DNA from: an uncultured Pseudomonadota bacterium
GTDB taxonomy: Bacteria > Oederibacteriota > Muellerivitia > Muellerivitales > Muellerivitaceae
DNA length: 64,000 nt
NCBI GenBank assembly: GCA_963770835.1
Contig: CAVYRH010000004.1
Location: forward strand, 640,001 to 704,000
Reading direction: 5' to 3'
Shown here: piece after piece, positions 1-8,733 of the stretch
Layout of the letters: every line of letters starts with the position of its first letter
Position numbering within the stretch: the stretch's first letter is position 1
The notes under the pieces: generated by a model
Told to the model about the DNA's origin: nothing
Database searches by the model: none
What the model saw: the letters and a program-made list of their open reading frames with translations, nothing else
Translations under genes and position numbers: made by a program

Positions 1-750
1 TTGATCGACTCGAGCAACATTACCAAGGGACAGGCCGTCGAGAGCTATACCCAGGCCATCCTGAACCAGGTCATGGGGGAGGCATTCCCCGAGAAAAACC
101 AGGGCCCGCCGGTGCACTTCGCGGTACGCTACCTCTATAACCCGGAGATGAAGACCGCGGTCTTCATGGTGCCCAGCGTGCTTTGCATGATTCTCCTGAT
201 GGTCACCTTCATTTTGGCTTCTTCCTCGATTGCCCGGGAAAAGGAGGCGGGCACCATGGAAACGCTCCTTTCCTCACCCGCCACTACCACCGAGATCATG
301 TTGGGCAAGTCCCTCCCCTATGTGGCCCTGGGGATGGCCGACTTCCCGCTGGTCATCGCGGTGGCCGTCTTCGGGTTCGGCGTGCCCATGCGGGGATCCC
401 TGATTTTGCTGCTTTTTTGCGCCTTTATTTTCATGTGCAATACGGTGGCCTTGGGGGTCCTGTTTTCCACCTTCGTCAAGAACCTCCAGCAGTCCTCGAT
501 GGGGGGGTTCCTGTTCATCTTCCCGGCCATTCAGCTCTCCGGCGTGCTCTACCCGGTGGAGAACATGCCCTGGCTCCTCAAATACTGCGCCTACCTGGAC
601 CCGATCATGTATTTCGTCAACCTCATGCGCAACATCATGCTCAAGGGCGGGGATTTCCAGGTAGTGGCCTTCAACGCGGGCGCCCTGATCGTCATGGGCA
701 TTTTCGCCATCACCATCGCGGCCAAGCGATTCCACCAAACCTTAAACTAA
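1..750 (+). CDS. ABC-2 type transporter permease (5' truncated by window edge)
   Basis: YLYNPE...SSIAREKEAGTMETLLSSP motif, LSG..YPVENMP motif and several TM helices, typical of YbhR/YbhS-like permeases. Confidence 0.9.
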   Translation: MIDSSNITKGQAVESYTQAILNQVMGEAFPEKNQGPPVHFAVRYLYNPEMKTAVFMVPSVLCMILLMVTFILASSSIAREKEAGTMETLLSSPATTTEIMLGKSLPYVALGMADFPLVIAVAVFGFGVPMRGSLILLLFCAFIFMCNTVALGVLFSTFVKNLQQSSMGGFLFIFPAIQLSGVLYPVENMPWLLKYCAYLDPIMYFVNLMRNIMLKGGDFQVVAFNAGALIVMGIFAITIAAKRFHQTLN

Positions 751-775
751 TTTGCCGAAGGCAAATAAGAATTGC

Positions 776-826
776 TGTCACTGCGAGGAATGTGCCGCGG
801 TGGCATGCTAACGACGAAGCAACCCC
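776..826 (+). repeat. REP-like palindromic element fragment (TGTCACTGCGAGG...GACGAAGCAACCCC)
   Basis: Ends resemble the widespread GTCATTGCGAG...GAAGCAATCC intergenic repeat family; single copy in the window. Confidence 0.4.
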
Positions 827-1031
827 AGTCAAAAAAAATCAGGGATTCCCTTTTTTATTTTTACAACCATGTTAAAAGCTGAGTAGAAAAGGAATTTGGG
901 TAAAAATGACCCGCCTGCCTTTTCAGATTTCCCAAAAACACCCAAATTCCCTTAGGTGTTTCGAACCAGGATAGCTGGCCTGGATTTTGCAATCTTTTAG
1001 GCCATTCATTTCAATCCCAGGAGAGGCTTTC

Positions 1032-2441
1032 ATGAAGAAACTTCATTTTTCCGACATGCCGTTGAGAAAAAAGATAACCCTCATCACCGTTGTTTCGACC
1101 TCGCTTTCCCTCTTGATCGCCTGCGCCGCCTTCATCCTGGTGGACCGGTTCTGTTTCATGGGGGCCCTGGAGAAAGAACTATCCGGGCTGGCGTCCCGCT
1201 ATGAGCAGAGGCTGTCCGTCACCCTCCAAGCGGGCTTTTCCTTAAGCTCCTTGAACCAGCTTCAATCCCTGGGGGACAACCCCGCCATTGTCCGGGCTTT
1301 CCTTTTCGACGCCGACGGCATGGTCCGCCAGCAATACCATTCGGAACGGGACGATGTTTCCCGGACCTTGCCGGCCCTCCGGCCGGAAGGGGTGGAATTC
1401 AACCAGGGCGGCATGGGCTTTTTCCACAGCTACTTCGCCGGCGGCAAAAGGATTGGAACCCTGTATTTGGAAGCCAACCTGACTGAAATCCGGACCGACG
1501 AAAGGCTGTTCATCTTGTTGACCTTCCTCATCTGGACCGCCTCCCTCATGGCGGCCTTTTTTATCGCCGCCCGGCTTCAAAAAGGGGTGACCGTGCCCTT
1601 AAAACAAGTGGTGGATCGCATGGAACATATCGCCAAGGGCGACGCGAACCTGAAAAGCCGGTTGGAGGTCACGGGAAAGGACGAGATCGGGAAGATGGCC
1701 GAAGCCTTCAATACCTTCGTGGGCAAGCTTCAAGACGTGGAAGAAATGAAGCTGGACATCATTTCGGTGGTCTCCCACCAGCTCAAGACGCCGGTGGCGG
1801 AGATCAACGGCTTTATCGAGAACATGCTGGACGGTGTCACCGGCGAGTTGAATCCCAAACAAAAACGGTACCTGGAGGAAATGCGGATCATCGGGTGGGA
1901 AAATTATAAACTCATTTCCGACCTCCTGAGCGCCAGCAAGATCGAAAGGGGCGTCGTTTCGGTGGCCTTGGAGCCCGTGTCCACCCATGAAGTGGTGACC
2001 CTGGCTATCCGGGATTACGAGAAATACGCCGGGCAAAAGGGATTGAGGATGCGCCTGGAAGGCATCGAGGGGGCCGCCATGCTTTACGCCGACCGCGAAA
2101 AGATGGTGGAAGCCCTGCGCAACCTGATCAACAACGCCATCAAGTGCACCGACCAGGGGTCGGTGACCATCCGGGCCACCACCGAGGGGGACCTGGGCGC
2201 CATCGAGGTATCTGACACCGGCATCGGGATGGACGGGGAAACCATGGGGCGCCTTTTCACCAAGGCCCGGGTTTTGGGGCGGGAAGCCGGCCGTTCGGGG
2301 GCCGGGCTCGGCCTTTACATCTCCAAGAGCTTCATGAAGCTGCAAAACGGCGACATCACGGTGGAATCGGAGCCGGGCAAGGGAAGCCGCTTCAAACTGC
2401 TGGTGCCGCAGTTCAAGGGGCCGGTAGGGGCAGCCCTATGA
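1032..2441 (+). CDS. Membrane sensor histidine kinase (periplasmic sensor, HAMP, HisKA, HATPase)
   Basis: Two TMs, HAMP (GKDEIGKMAEAFN), H-box SHQLKTP, N-box NLINNAIK, DTGIG, GAGLGL; ATG at 1032 follows GGAGAGG. Confidence 0.92.
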   Translation: MKKLHFSDMPLRKKITLITVVSTSLSLLIACAAFILVDRFCFMGALEKELSGLASRYEQRLSVTLQAGFSLSSLNQLQSLGDNPAIVRAFLFDADGMVRQQYHSERDDVSRTLPALRPEGVEFNQGGMGFFHSYFAGGKRIGTLYLEANLTEIRTDERLFILLTFLIWTASLMAAFFIAARLQKGVTVPLKQVVDRMEHIAKGDANLKSRLEVTGKDEIGKMAEAFNTFVGKLQDVEEMKLDIISVVSHQLKTPVAEINGFIENMLDGVTGELNPKQKRYLEEMRIIGWENYKLISDLLSASKIERGVVSVALEPVSTHEVVTLAIRDYEKYAGQKGLRMRLEGIEGAAMLYADREKMVEALRNLINNAIKCTDQGSVTIRATTEGDLGAIEVSDTGIGMDGETMGRLFTKARVLGREAGRSGAGLGLYISKSFMKLQNGDITVESEPGKGSRFKLLVPQFKGPVGAAL

Positions 2442-2812
2442 GCGCCAGGACCCGTATCCTCATCATCGAGGACAAGGCAGGTTTCCGCATGATGTACGGG
2501 GACATGCTGGCCGGCGCGGGTTATGAGGTCCTGACCGCGGAGGACGGTTTGAAAGGCTGGGAAATTTCCAAGGCGCGCAAGCCCGACCTGGTCCTGCTGG
2601 ACCTGGGCCTGCCCAAGATGGACGGTTTTGCCGTGCTCAGCCGTATCCGGGGCGACGTTGAAACCCGGTCCATCCCCGTCATCATCAACTCGATCGTGAG
2701 CGAGGAAAAGGAAGTCCGGAAAGCCATCCAATTGGGGGCCAATGATTACACGGTAAAGGGGCTTTTCACGCCCGTCCAAATCCTGGAAAAGATAAAAGCC
2801 CAACTGGCCTGA
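2438..2812 (+). CDS. Single-domain response regulator
   Basis: IIED, LVLLDLGLPKMDG, conserved K; ATGA overlap with the kinase. Confidence 0.93.
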   Translation: MSARTRILIIEDKAGFRMMYGDMLAGAGYEVLTAEDGLKGWEISKARKPDLVLLDLGLPKMDGFAVLSRIRGDVETRSIPVIINSIVSEEKEVRKAIQLGANDYTVKGLFTPVQILEKIKAQLA

Positions 2813-3081
2813 CCCGGGCCCCTTCTTACCGGCTGCCAAGGCCCCGGTCTTGCCGGGGGGGCTTGTCACCCTGGCACCTGCCGGGCACCTCCTTGTCCAG
2901 AGTCTAGACAGTTAGAAGAGACGGCCCTCACCGTGAGGCTGATTGAAATGACTCATTTCAAACCCCTCCCTCTGTGACCCACGTGTATGCACAGTGCATA
3001 AAAATTGGAAGAAAGCATGGGGTCAATTGTTCCGATTCGGAACAATCATCAAAAAACCCTTATTTTTAGTGTCCAGAGTCA

Positions 3082-4067
3082 CATGCCTATCCGCAAAGCG
3101 CATGTTGAAATAAAGGAATACAAGCGTATTCTATCCACTGAAGGAGGTGTTTCATGAACTACCAGCGGATGAAAACGGTTGAGATTTTCAGGGAAATTGA
3201 TACTGAGAAGAAAGCCCTTGAGTGGATCTGGAAGAGTCGTTTTGGGGGAAAAGCTTTTATTTGCCCCCACTGTGAGAACGAAAGCTATTGGCAGCATCAA
3301 AGTCGCCCGGAAATAAAGCAATGTGACTCTTGCTCAAAACAAATCCGGGTGCGGGCAGGAACCATTTTCCAGCATTCCAAGCTTCCCTTGTTCGTTTGGG
3401 TGAGGGCTATCGGTTTTGTCATGCAAGGTAAAAGAGGCATGGCGGCCGAGGAACTTAAACGGCATCTGGGGAGACGTTACGAAACAGTCTGGGGGATGCT
3501 GCAAAAGATGCGGGAAGCTTTGGAACAACGGGAAAAACCCTATCAGCTCAAGGATTTGATCGAATTGGATGGGGCTTTTTTAGGGCGTCGTCGTTATTAC
3601 AATCAAGTCGCATTACTTATTGGGGTTGAAAGTAAGGAATGGGTGGACGAGAAAGGTCGAAAAAAGCCAAAAGCTGGATTTGCCAAAGTGAAAGTGGCCT
3701 CTGAAACCCTCTGGCATGCCAACGAATTCGTCAATCAAGCCATCCAAAAGGACTCGCGGATACGCATGGACGCTAGTTCCCGTTTAAGGAAGCTGGAAAA
3801 CGTAACGGTGGAATACGAGAAAATGGACAGAAACCGTCAAGCTTGTGACCGCTGGTTGCCGTGGGTTCATAAGTTCATTTCCAATGCCAAGACATGGATT
3901 CTTGGAACCCATCATGGGGTAGGAGTCAGATATGTTGGCCGTTACTTGGCCGAATACACCTATCGCTTCAACCGACGGCATGACCCGGATTCCTTATTCC
4001 ACAGAGCTTTAACCGCCTGTGCACTCGCTAAACCCATAACTTTACATGCGCTTTGCGGATAGGCATG
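3082..4067 (+). mobile_element. IS1595-family insertion sequence, 986 bp
   Basis: Perfect 24-bp TIRs CATGCCTATCCGCAAAGCGCATGT (3082-3105 / 4044-4067) and 8-bp target duplication CAGAGTCA (3074-3081 / 4068-4075). Confidence 0.95.
3154..4062 (+). CDS. IS1595-family (ISXO2-like) transposase
   Basis: N-terminal Zn ribbon CPHC...CDSC, AGTIF, IELDG, GTHHGV and YLAEYTYRFNRR motifs; stop codon lies inside the right TIR. Confidence 0.95.
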   Translation: MNYQRMKTVEIFREIDTEKKALEWIWKSRFGGKAFICPHCENESYWQHQSRPEIKQCDSCSKQIRVRAGTIFQHSKLPLFVWVRAIGFVMQGKRGMAAEELKRHLGRRYETVWGMLQKMREALEQREKPYQLKDLIELDGAFLGRRRYYNQVALLIGVESKEWVDEKGRKKPKAGFAKVKVASETLWHANEFVNQAIQKDSRIRMDASSRLRKLENVTVEYEKMDRNRQACDRWLPWVHKFISNAKTWILGTHHGVGVRYVGRYLAEYTYRFNRRHDPDSLFHRALTACALAKPITLHALCG

Positions 4068-4268
4068 CAGAGTCAGGACGCTAAAAATAAGGGTTTTTTG
4101 ATAACCCGGGTCTCTTTTGAGGAATCCTCAAAATAATTGGAAGAATACCGGCCGGGTGGCCAGCGGCTGGCCACCCTTTGGTCGGAGTCCGAACAAAATT
4201 GGAAGAATAGGGGGTCTGTCGGGAGCCAGACGCCCAGAGTCTGAACACTTCTCCCCCGCCGAGGCTTG

Positions 4269-4291
4269 AATTGTTAGCGACGCTAACAATT
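4269..4291. promoter_or_regulatory. Perfect 11-1-11 palindrome AATTGTTAGCG-A-CGCTAACAATT, candidate MarR operator
   Basis: Perfect inverted repeat about 130 bp upstream of the MarR gene. Confidence 0.5.
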
Positions 4292-4418
4292 AAAATAATG
4301 GAATTTGGCCCTTTTGTACTGACTCGGGACAAAACTTACCTTTCCGGGACCTCGATCGTTGAAAATGCCTATATTTACCGGGAAGATGAAGACCCCAATT
4401 GGGAACGAGGAGTGGAAA

Positions 4419-4892
4419 ATGAAAAAGCCCGCAAGGGAAAAACTGCCGGAATTCGCCGTTTCCAGCGTGGTTTTGGAAGAATTTGGCTTATTGGTGGAGA
4501 AGGGTTTCCGAAGATTGAGTGAGTTCCAAAAAGAAACGCTGAGGCCCCTGGGGCTCACGGGAAAACACCTGGAGATTCTTTTGATTCTTGAGCCTAAAGG
4601 CTCGATCCGCCAGCAAGTGATCGGCCGCCGCCTGCGGATGGACCGGACAACCCTGGCCGGCTTGATGGACGGCCTGGAAAAAGTGGGCATGGTGGAGCGC
4701 CCCAAGGATGCCGCAGGACGTCCTTCCGGCAGGGTTATCCTGACCCAAGAAGGAAGGGGAATCATCGCCCAACGAACGTCCCGGAAGTCCCAACTTAAAA
4801 TTTTATCCGGGCTCAATCCCAAGGAACAAAAAACCCTGATTCATTTGCTCCGGAAACTTGTCCTCGCCCGCTTCGACGCCCAAAAAGAATAA
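4419..4892 (+). CDS. MarR-family transcriptional regulator
   Basis: LGLT...IRQQVIGRRLRMDRTTLAGLMDGLEKVGMVER...LTQEG winged-helix pattern; GAGGAG SD before ATG 4419. Confidence 0.88.
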   Translation: MKKPAREKLPEFAVSSVVLEEFGLLVEKGFRRLSEFQKETLRPLGLTGKHLEILLILEPKGSIRQQVIGRRLRMDRTTLAGLMDGLEKVGMVERPKDAAGRPSGRVILTQEGRGIIAQRTSRKSQLKILSGLNPKEQKTLIHLLRKLVLARFDAQKE

Positions 4893-5107
4893 TACCTTTT
4901 GAGAGGGCGGGATCCCCGCAAGGAGGCCCATGCGGGGATTCGCTTTGACAGGTTGATGAAAAAGTCCAAACGACGGACTTTTTCATATTTGCGTCGCGAA
5001 TCACCCCTTGAAAAAGAAGGGGTTTAAGACGATTCGCTCCTAGCCCATGGCTGCAGACAGGGTGTAAAAATAATTTTTCAGCACCCTGTTAGAGGGAAAT
5101 TTTGGGG

Positions 5108-5341
5108 CTATTTCGCTGCGGGGGTCGTTGAAGCAACGGGCGTCGTGGAAGCCGCCATCGCCTTCCTTTCCACCTTGGCCTTTACGGCCTTTTTCTTCCC
5201 GGCTTTCTTCACCGGCGTAACGACGGGGGTAACGGCGGCGGTAACCGTGGGGGTCCCGCTCACTTTCGCTGTATCCGCCCCGGCCAATCCGATTCCTCCC
5301 AAAAATGAAACGGCCAACACCGCGACAATGAAACGCTTCAT
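5108..5341 (-). CDS. Small secreted Lys/Ala/Thr-rich protein
   Basis: Signal peptide MKRFIVAVLAVSFLGG..A, low-complexity basic body, GGAGG SD. Confidence 0.7.
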   Translation of the reverse strand: MKRFIVAVLAVSFLGGIGLAGADTAKVSGTPTVTAAVTPVVTPVKKAGKKKAVKAKVERKAMAASTTPVASTTPAAK

Positions 5342-5628
5342 GAAATCCTCCCAAGTAAATTTTTAAAAACCGGCGCCCAAAACCAAATTCCGGTCTTTGG
5401 GCCGCATAGCCCGTTGAATTTAGGGGGGAAAGAATAATTGCGGTATGACCGCCCGCATAATGGACCGTCCCGCCGCAAGAAACGATTTCAGAAAAGATTG
5501 TGATTTAGCTTTAAATAGGCCTGTAATTCATTTTTCAAAAATATTTTTTTGCGGGAAGTTTTTCGGGAAATATTGGCTAGGGTGACTCCACCCAAGGCGG
5601 ACGCCGCACTCCACCGCGCGGGCTGGAA

Positions 5629-6204
5629 TTATTGAATGTTGATGTTGATCGTACTGAAAATGTATTGGGTGATCTTGTCGTATTTTTGCTTGGATGAATC
5701 AATAATCAGGACCATCCACATGATGTTCCGTTTGATGAAGATTTCCGTTTGGAATGTCGCTTTTTGGTTGTCAGCCATGAAATCACCCCACAACATCACC
5801 CCGTCCATGTTGAACCGTTGTATCTTTTTTTGGGCGACCCTGAAATTGGTCACCCCGGTTTGGCCCTTCATGTTATCGATCGCGCCCTGCGCGGCCCCGT
5901 CCAAGTCCCCCATGATCCCCTTGTTGTAAATTACGTTGGTCACCAGGCATTGGTACTCATCTGAGTTGGTGTTATCGAGGACGTAGGATTCCATCACGTC
6001 GATTTTCTTGCGGATTTCCTCTGAAAGATCGACGCTGGAAACCATGAACTTGCCGGGAATGGTGACCGTCATGTAGTCGCCCACCTGGGCTTTTTGCCAG
6101 GGCCCGAAAACCGGCTTGGCTGCGTCATCCGCGCAGAGACTACCGGGGGAAAGGATCAAAGTTCCTAGGAAGAGGGCTGGAAGCAGGGATTTCATAACTC
6201 GCAT
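5629..6204 (-). CDS. Secreted hypothetical protein
   Basis: Signal peptide from MRVMKSLLPALFLG; AAGGAA SD; coding-like codon usage. Confidence 0.7.
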   Translation of the reverse strand: MRVMKSLLPALFLGTLILSPGSLCADDAAKPVFGPWQKAQVGDYMTVTIPGKFMVSSVDLSEEIRKKIDVMESYVLDNTNSDEYQCLVTNVIYNKGIMGDLDGAAQGAIDNMKGQTGVTNFRVAQKKIQRFNMDGVMLWGDFMADNQKATFQTEIFIKRNIMWMVLIIDSSKQKYDKITQYIFSTININIQ

Positions 6205-6575
6205 AGAAGGTTCCTTTAAAATAATTTCATTTAACAGAAAAACCACCGTGGATTCGCGGATCATTATAGGAGCCGATCTCGGACCTTCAAAATAAATTTT
6301 CTTAGACTGGAAGTTTCCAGAAATACAAGTAAAGTTTTGGTAACCACCGAATGGACAAGGGATGAAAATCGCCATTCCGTTAAAGCCCAAGATTTGAAAG
6401 CCACCAAACTTAAAATCCTCTGACCACTTTCATACGTTTAATCGTCCGTTGAAGATAAAAAACAGGCCGATTGGGAATTCCTTCCCCCTTTTATTTCGGG
6501 TTGCAGTACCTTTTATTTAAAGCGGGTAAATCCAACGGGAAAATTGGATAATTGCGGCAAAAGGCGGTTCCGCGA

Positions 6576-7184
6576 ATGATTCGAAAAAAGATCATCATTG
6601 TCCTTTTAGCTTCCCTCTTCCTGGCGCGGCCCTTGTTGGCCGATGAAGCGCCCGATCCCAAGGCAAAACCGAAAACCGACCCACCTCCAGCGGCCATGTC
6701 CTTGGAGGATTTGGGCTTCTCATCGGATGACCTGAAAAGCGACCCCCAATTCCAAAAGGACCTCCAAACAAGGTCCGACATGCTGCAAATCCACCAGACC
6801 TTGGGGCTGATTACGGCGGTCCCGATGACCACCGAGTTTGTCCTGGGCATCGTGACCGCCGGGAACGTTGCCAACGGAAGCACGAACACGGGCCTCCACG
6901 AAGGCCTGGGGCTCGCCACCGCCGGGTTATACGTCACCACCGCCATGTTCGCGATTTTGGCCCCGAAGCCCAAGGGCTTGAAACCCAGCGGCAACACGAA
7001 AACCCACGTGGATTTGGTTTGGGTCCATGCGCCTTTGATGGTCGCCGTGCCCATTTTGGGGGAAATCGTCGACGACCGGGTGCAGAACCACCAACCCTTA
7101 GGGGACCTGGGGACGATTCACGGCATCCTGGCGACGGCCCTAGTGGTTTCCTATTTGACATCCTTAACGGTCATTACTTTTTAG
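6576..7184 (+). CDS. Membrane protein with His-bearing TM helices (possibly cytochrome b561-like)
   Basis: Signal-like N-terminus, then about 4 hydrophobic helices each with His (IHQ, LHE, THV/VHA, IHG). Confidence 0.6.
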   Translation: MIRKKIIIVLLASLFLARPLLADEAPDPKAKPKTDPPPAAMSLEDLGFSSDDLKSDPQFQKDLQTRSDMLQIHQTLGLITAVPMTTEFVLGIVTAGNVANGSTNTGLHEGLGLATAGLYVTTAMFAILAPKPKGLKPSGNTKTHVDLVWVHAPLMVAVPILGEIVDDRVQNHQPLGDLGTIHGILATALVVSYLTSLTVITF

Positions 7185-7192
7185 GGGGGGAC

Positions 7193-7759
7193 ATGAAAAA
7201 AACCTTAGCCTACTCCTTTCTTTTCCTGCTTCCGGCCTTGGCGTTTTCGGCGGATTCCAAAGTGAATTGGAAGCTTGAGAAGTCCGAATTGACCTATACG
7301 GTGACCCATCCCCTCCACGTGGTCCATGGGACCAGCATGGCGGCGCGGGGGGAGGGACTCCGTAACCCGGACGGCACCTGGCAGTTTTTGGTGGCGGTTC
7401 CGGTCCAATCCTTCGACTCCGGGGACAGCAACCGCGACCTCCACATGCAGGAAGTGACCCGGTCCGGCCTTTATCCCTTGATCAAAGTGACCGCGGTCGT
7501 CGCCAAGCTGGCCGAGGGGGAAGCCCCCCAGACCATCACCGCGGACGTTGACATTGAGTTCGCGGGTAAAAAGGCCCACGACCCCGGGCAGGTATTGGAA
7601 GTTTTGGAGTGGAAACCGGGAGAAGTCCACCTCCAAGGCATAATTATCCTGAGCTTGAAAGCCTTTAATATCACGCCGCCCAGCCTGTTGGCGATGCCGG
7701 TCCAGGACGCCGTTCCAGTAAAGCTGGACATGTTTTGGAAGATGGCCGATTTGAAGTGA
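7193..7759 (+). CDS. YceI-family lipid/polyisoprenoid-binding protein
   Basis: Signal peptide; VPVQSFDSGDSNRDLHM and FNITPP motifs. Confidence 0.85.
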   Translation: MKKTLAYSFLFLLPALAFSADSKVNWKLEKSELTYTVTHPLHVVHGTSMAARGEGLRNPDGTWQFLVAVPVQSFDSGDSNRDLHMQEVTRSGLYPLIKVTAVVAKLAEGEAPQTITADVDIEFAGKKAHDPGQVLEVLEWKPGEVHLQGIIILSLKAFNITPPSLLAMPVQDAVPVKLDMFWKMADLK

Positions 7760-7808
7760 AATTTTAGGATTGTTCGGTATACGCAGTTGACCGCCAAAGG
7801 GGCTTCAT

Positions 7809-8708
7809 ATGAACGTGGGACTTTGGATTCAAAAACAGCCAAAAATTAATATATTTATCCTCGCCACATTCCTGTTCCTAGCGGATGAATTTATCGACTA
7901 CCGCACCGGGCCGGAACTGAACATGTCGTTCTTTCACCTTGTGCCCCTCTTTTTAATCGTTTGGAACGCGGGGTTCCTTCCCGGGCTCGCCTATTCCTTC
8001 TTTTGCGCCATCGTCATGCTCTTCGTGACGATCCACCCCTTGCTCACCCTCCCGACGGCCGTCCAGGCTTTCAACGTCCTCGCCAACCTCGTCTTCTACC
8101 TCGCCTTCATCGCCGTTTTGGCCCAGCTGAAAAAATACCTGGAAAAGGTGACCTTTATGGCCGAGGTTGACGGCCTCACGAACCTCCTCAACCCGCGCAC
8201 TTTTTTACAGCGCGCGGAGCGGGAAATCCGGGGAGCCGCCAAGGCCTGGGAGCCGGTCACGGTCCTCTTCATCGACGTGGACGACTTCAAAAGGCTGAAC
8301 GATACCTTCGGCCATGGGGCGGGGGACGAAGTCTTGAAATCCATTGGAAAAACCCTGAACGCCCATTTCCGGAAAAGGGACCTGCGCGCCAGGATGGGCG
8401 GGGATGAGTTCGCGGTCCTGTTGCCGGGCTTCCCGGTGGAAGCGGCGAAGGCGGAGATCCCAAGGTTCCACGAAAATTTGAACCGGTCGCTGGCGGGAAC
8501 TAAAGGGGCCCCGACTTGCAGCATCGGGGCGGTTTCATTCCTCAAAACCCCCGCCTCCGCCCAGGCGGCCCTAGCCGAGGCGGACAGCCTGATGTACCAA
8601 GTGAAGTTGAGCGGGAAAAACAGCTGGATCTGGAAGGCAACCCCTTCCCAAGGGTCCGGCCCCGGCGTCTTGTTGGAAAAACCAGTGGCAACCGGCGTCA
8701 CGAAGTAA
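7809..8708 (+). CDS. Membrane diguanylate cyclase
   Basis: N-terminal TMs; DGLTNLLN, IDVDDFKRLNDTFGH..GD, RMGGDEF. Confidence 0.93.
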   Translation: MNVGLWIQKQPKINIFILATFLFLADEFIDYRTGPELNMSFFHLVPLFLIVWNAGFLPGLAYSFFCAIVMLFVTIHPLLTLPTAVQAFNVLANLVFYLAFIAVLAQLKKYLEKVTFMAEVDGLTNLLNPRTFLQRAEREIRGAAKAWEPVTVLFIDVDDFKRLNDTFGHGAGDEVLKSIGKTLNAHFRKRDLRARMGGDEFAVLLPGFPVEAAKAEIPRFHENLNRSLAGTKGAPTCSIGAVSFLKTPASAQAALAEADSLMYQVKLSGKNSWIWKATPSQGSGPGVLLEKPVATGVTK

Positions 8709-8733
8709 ACCATTTAGAAGCGGTGGCCCACCT

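Noticed and set aside
2943..2961. Fur box
   Set aside because: It is a 9-1-9 AT-rich palindrome, but the match to GATAATGATAATCATTATC is loose and no iron-uptake gene follows; kept only as part of the palindrome field.
2894..4291. CRISPR array or integron attC array in the palindrome field
   Set aside because: The palindromes differ in sequence, spacing is irregular, and no cas or integron integrase gene is in the window.
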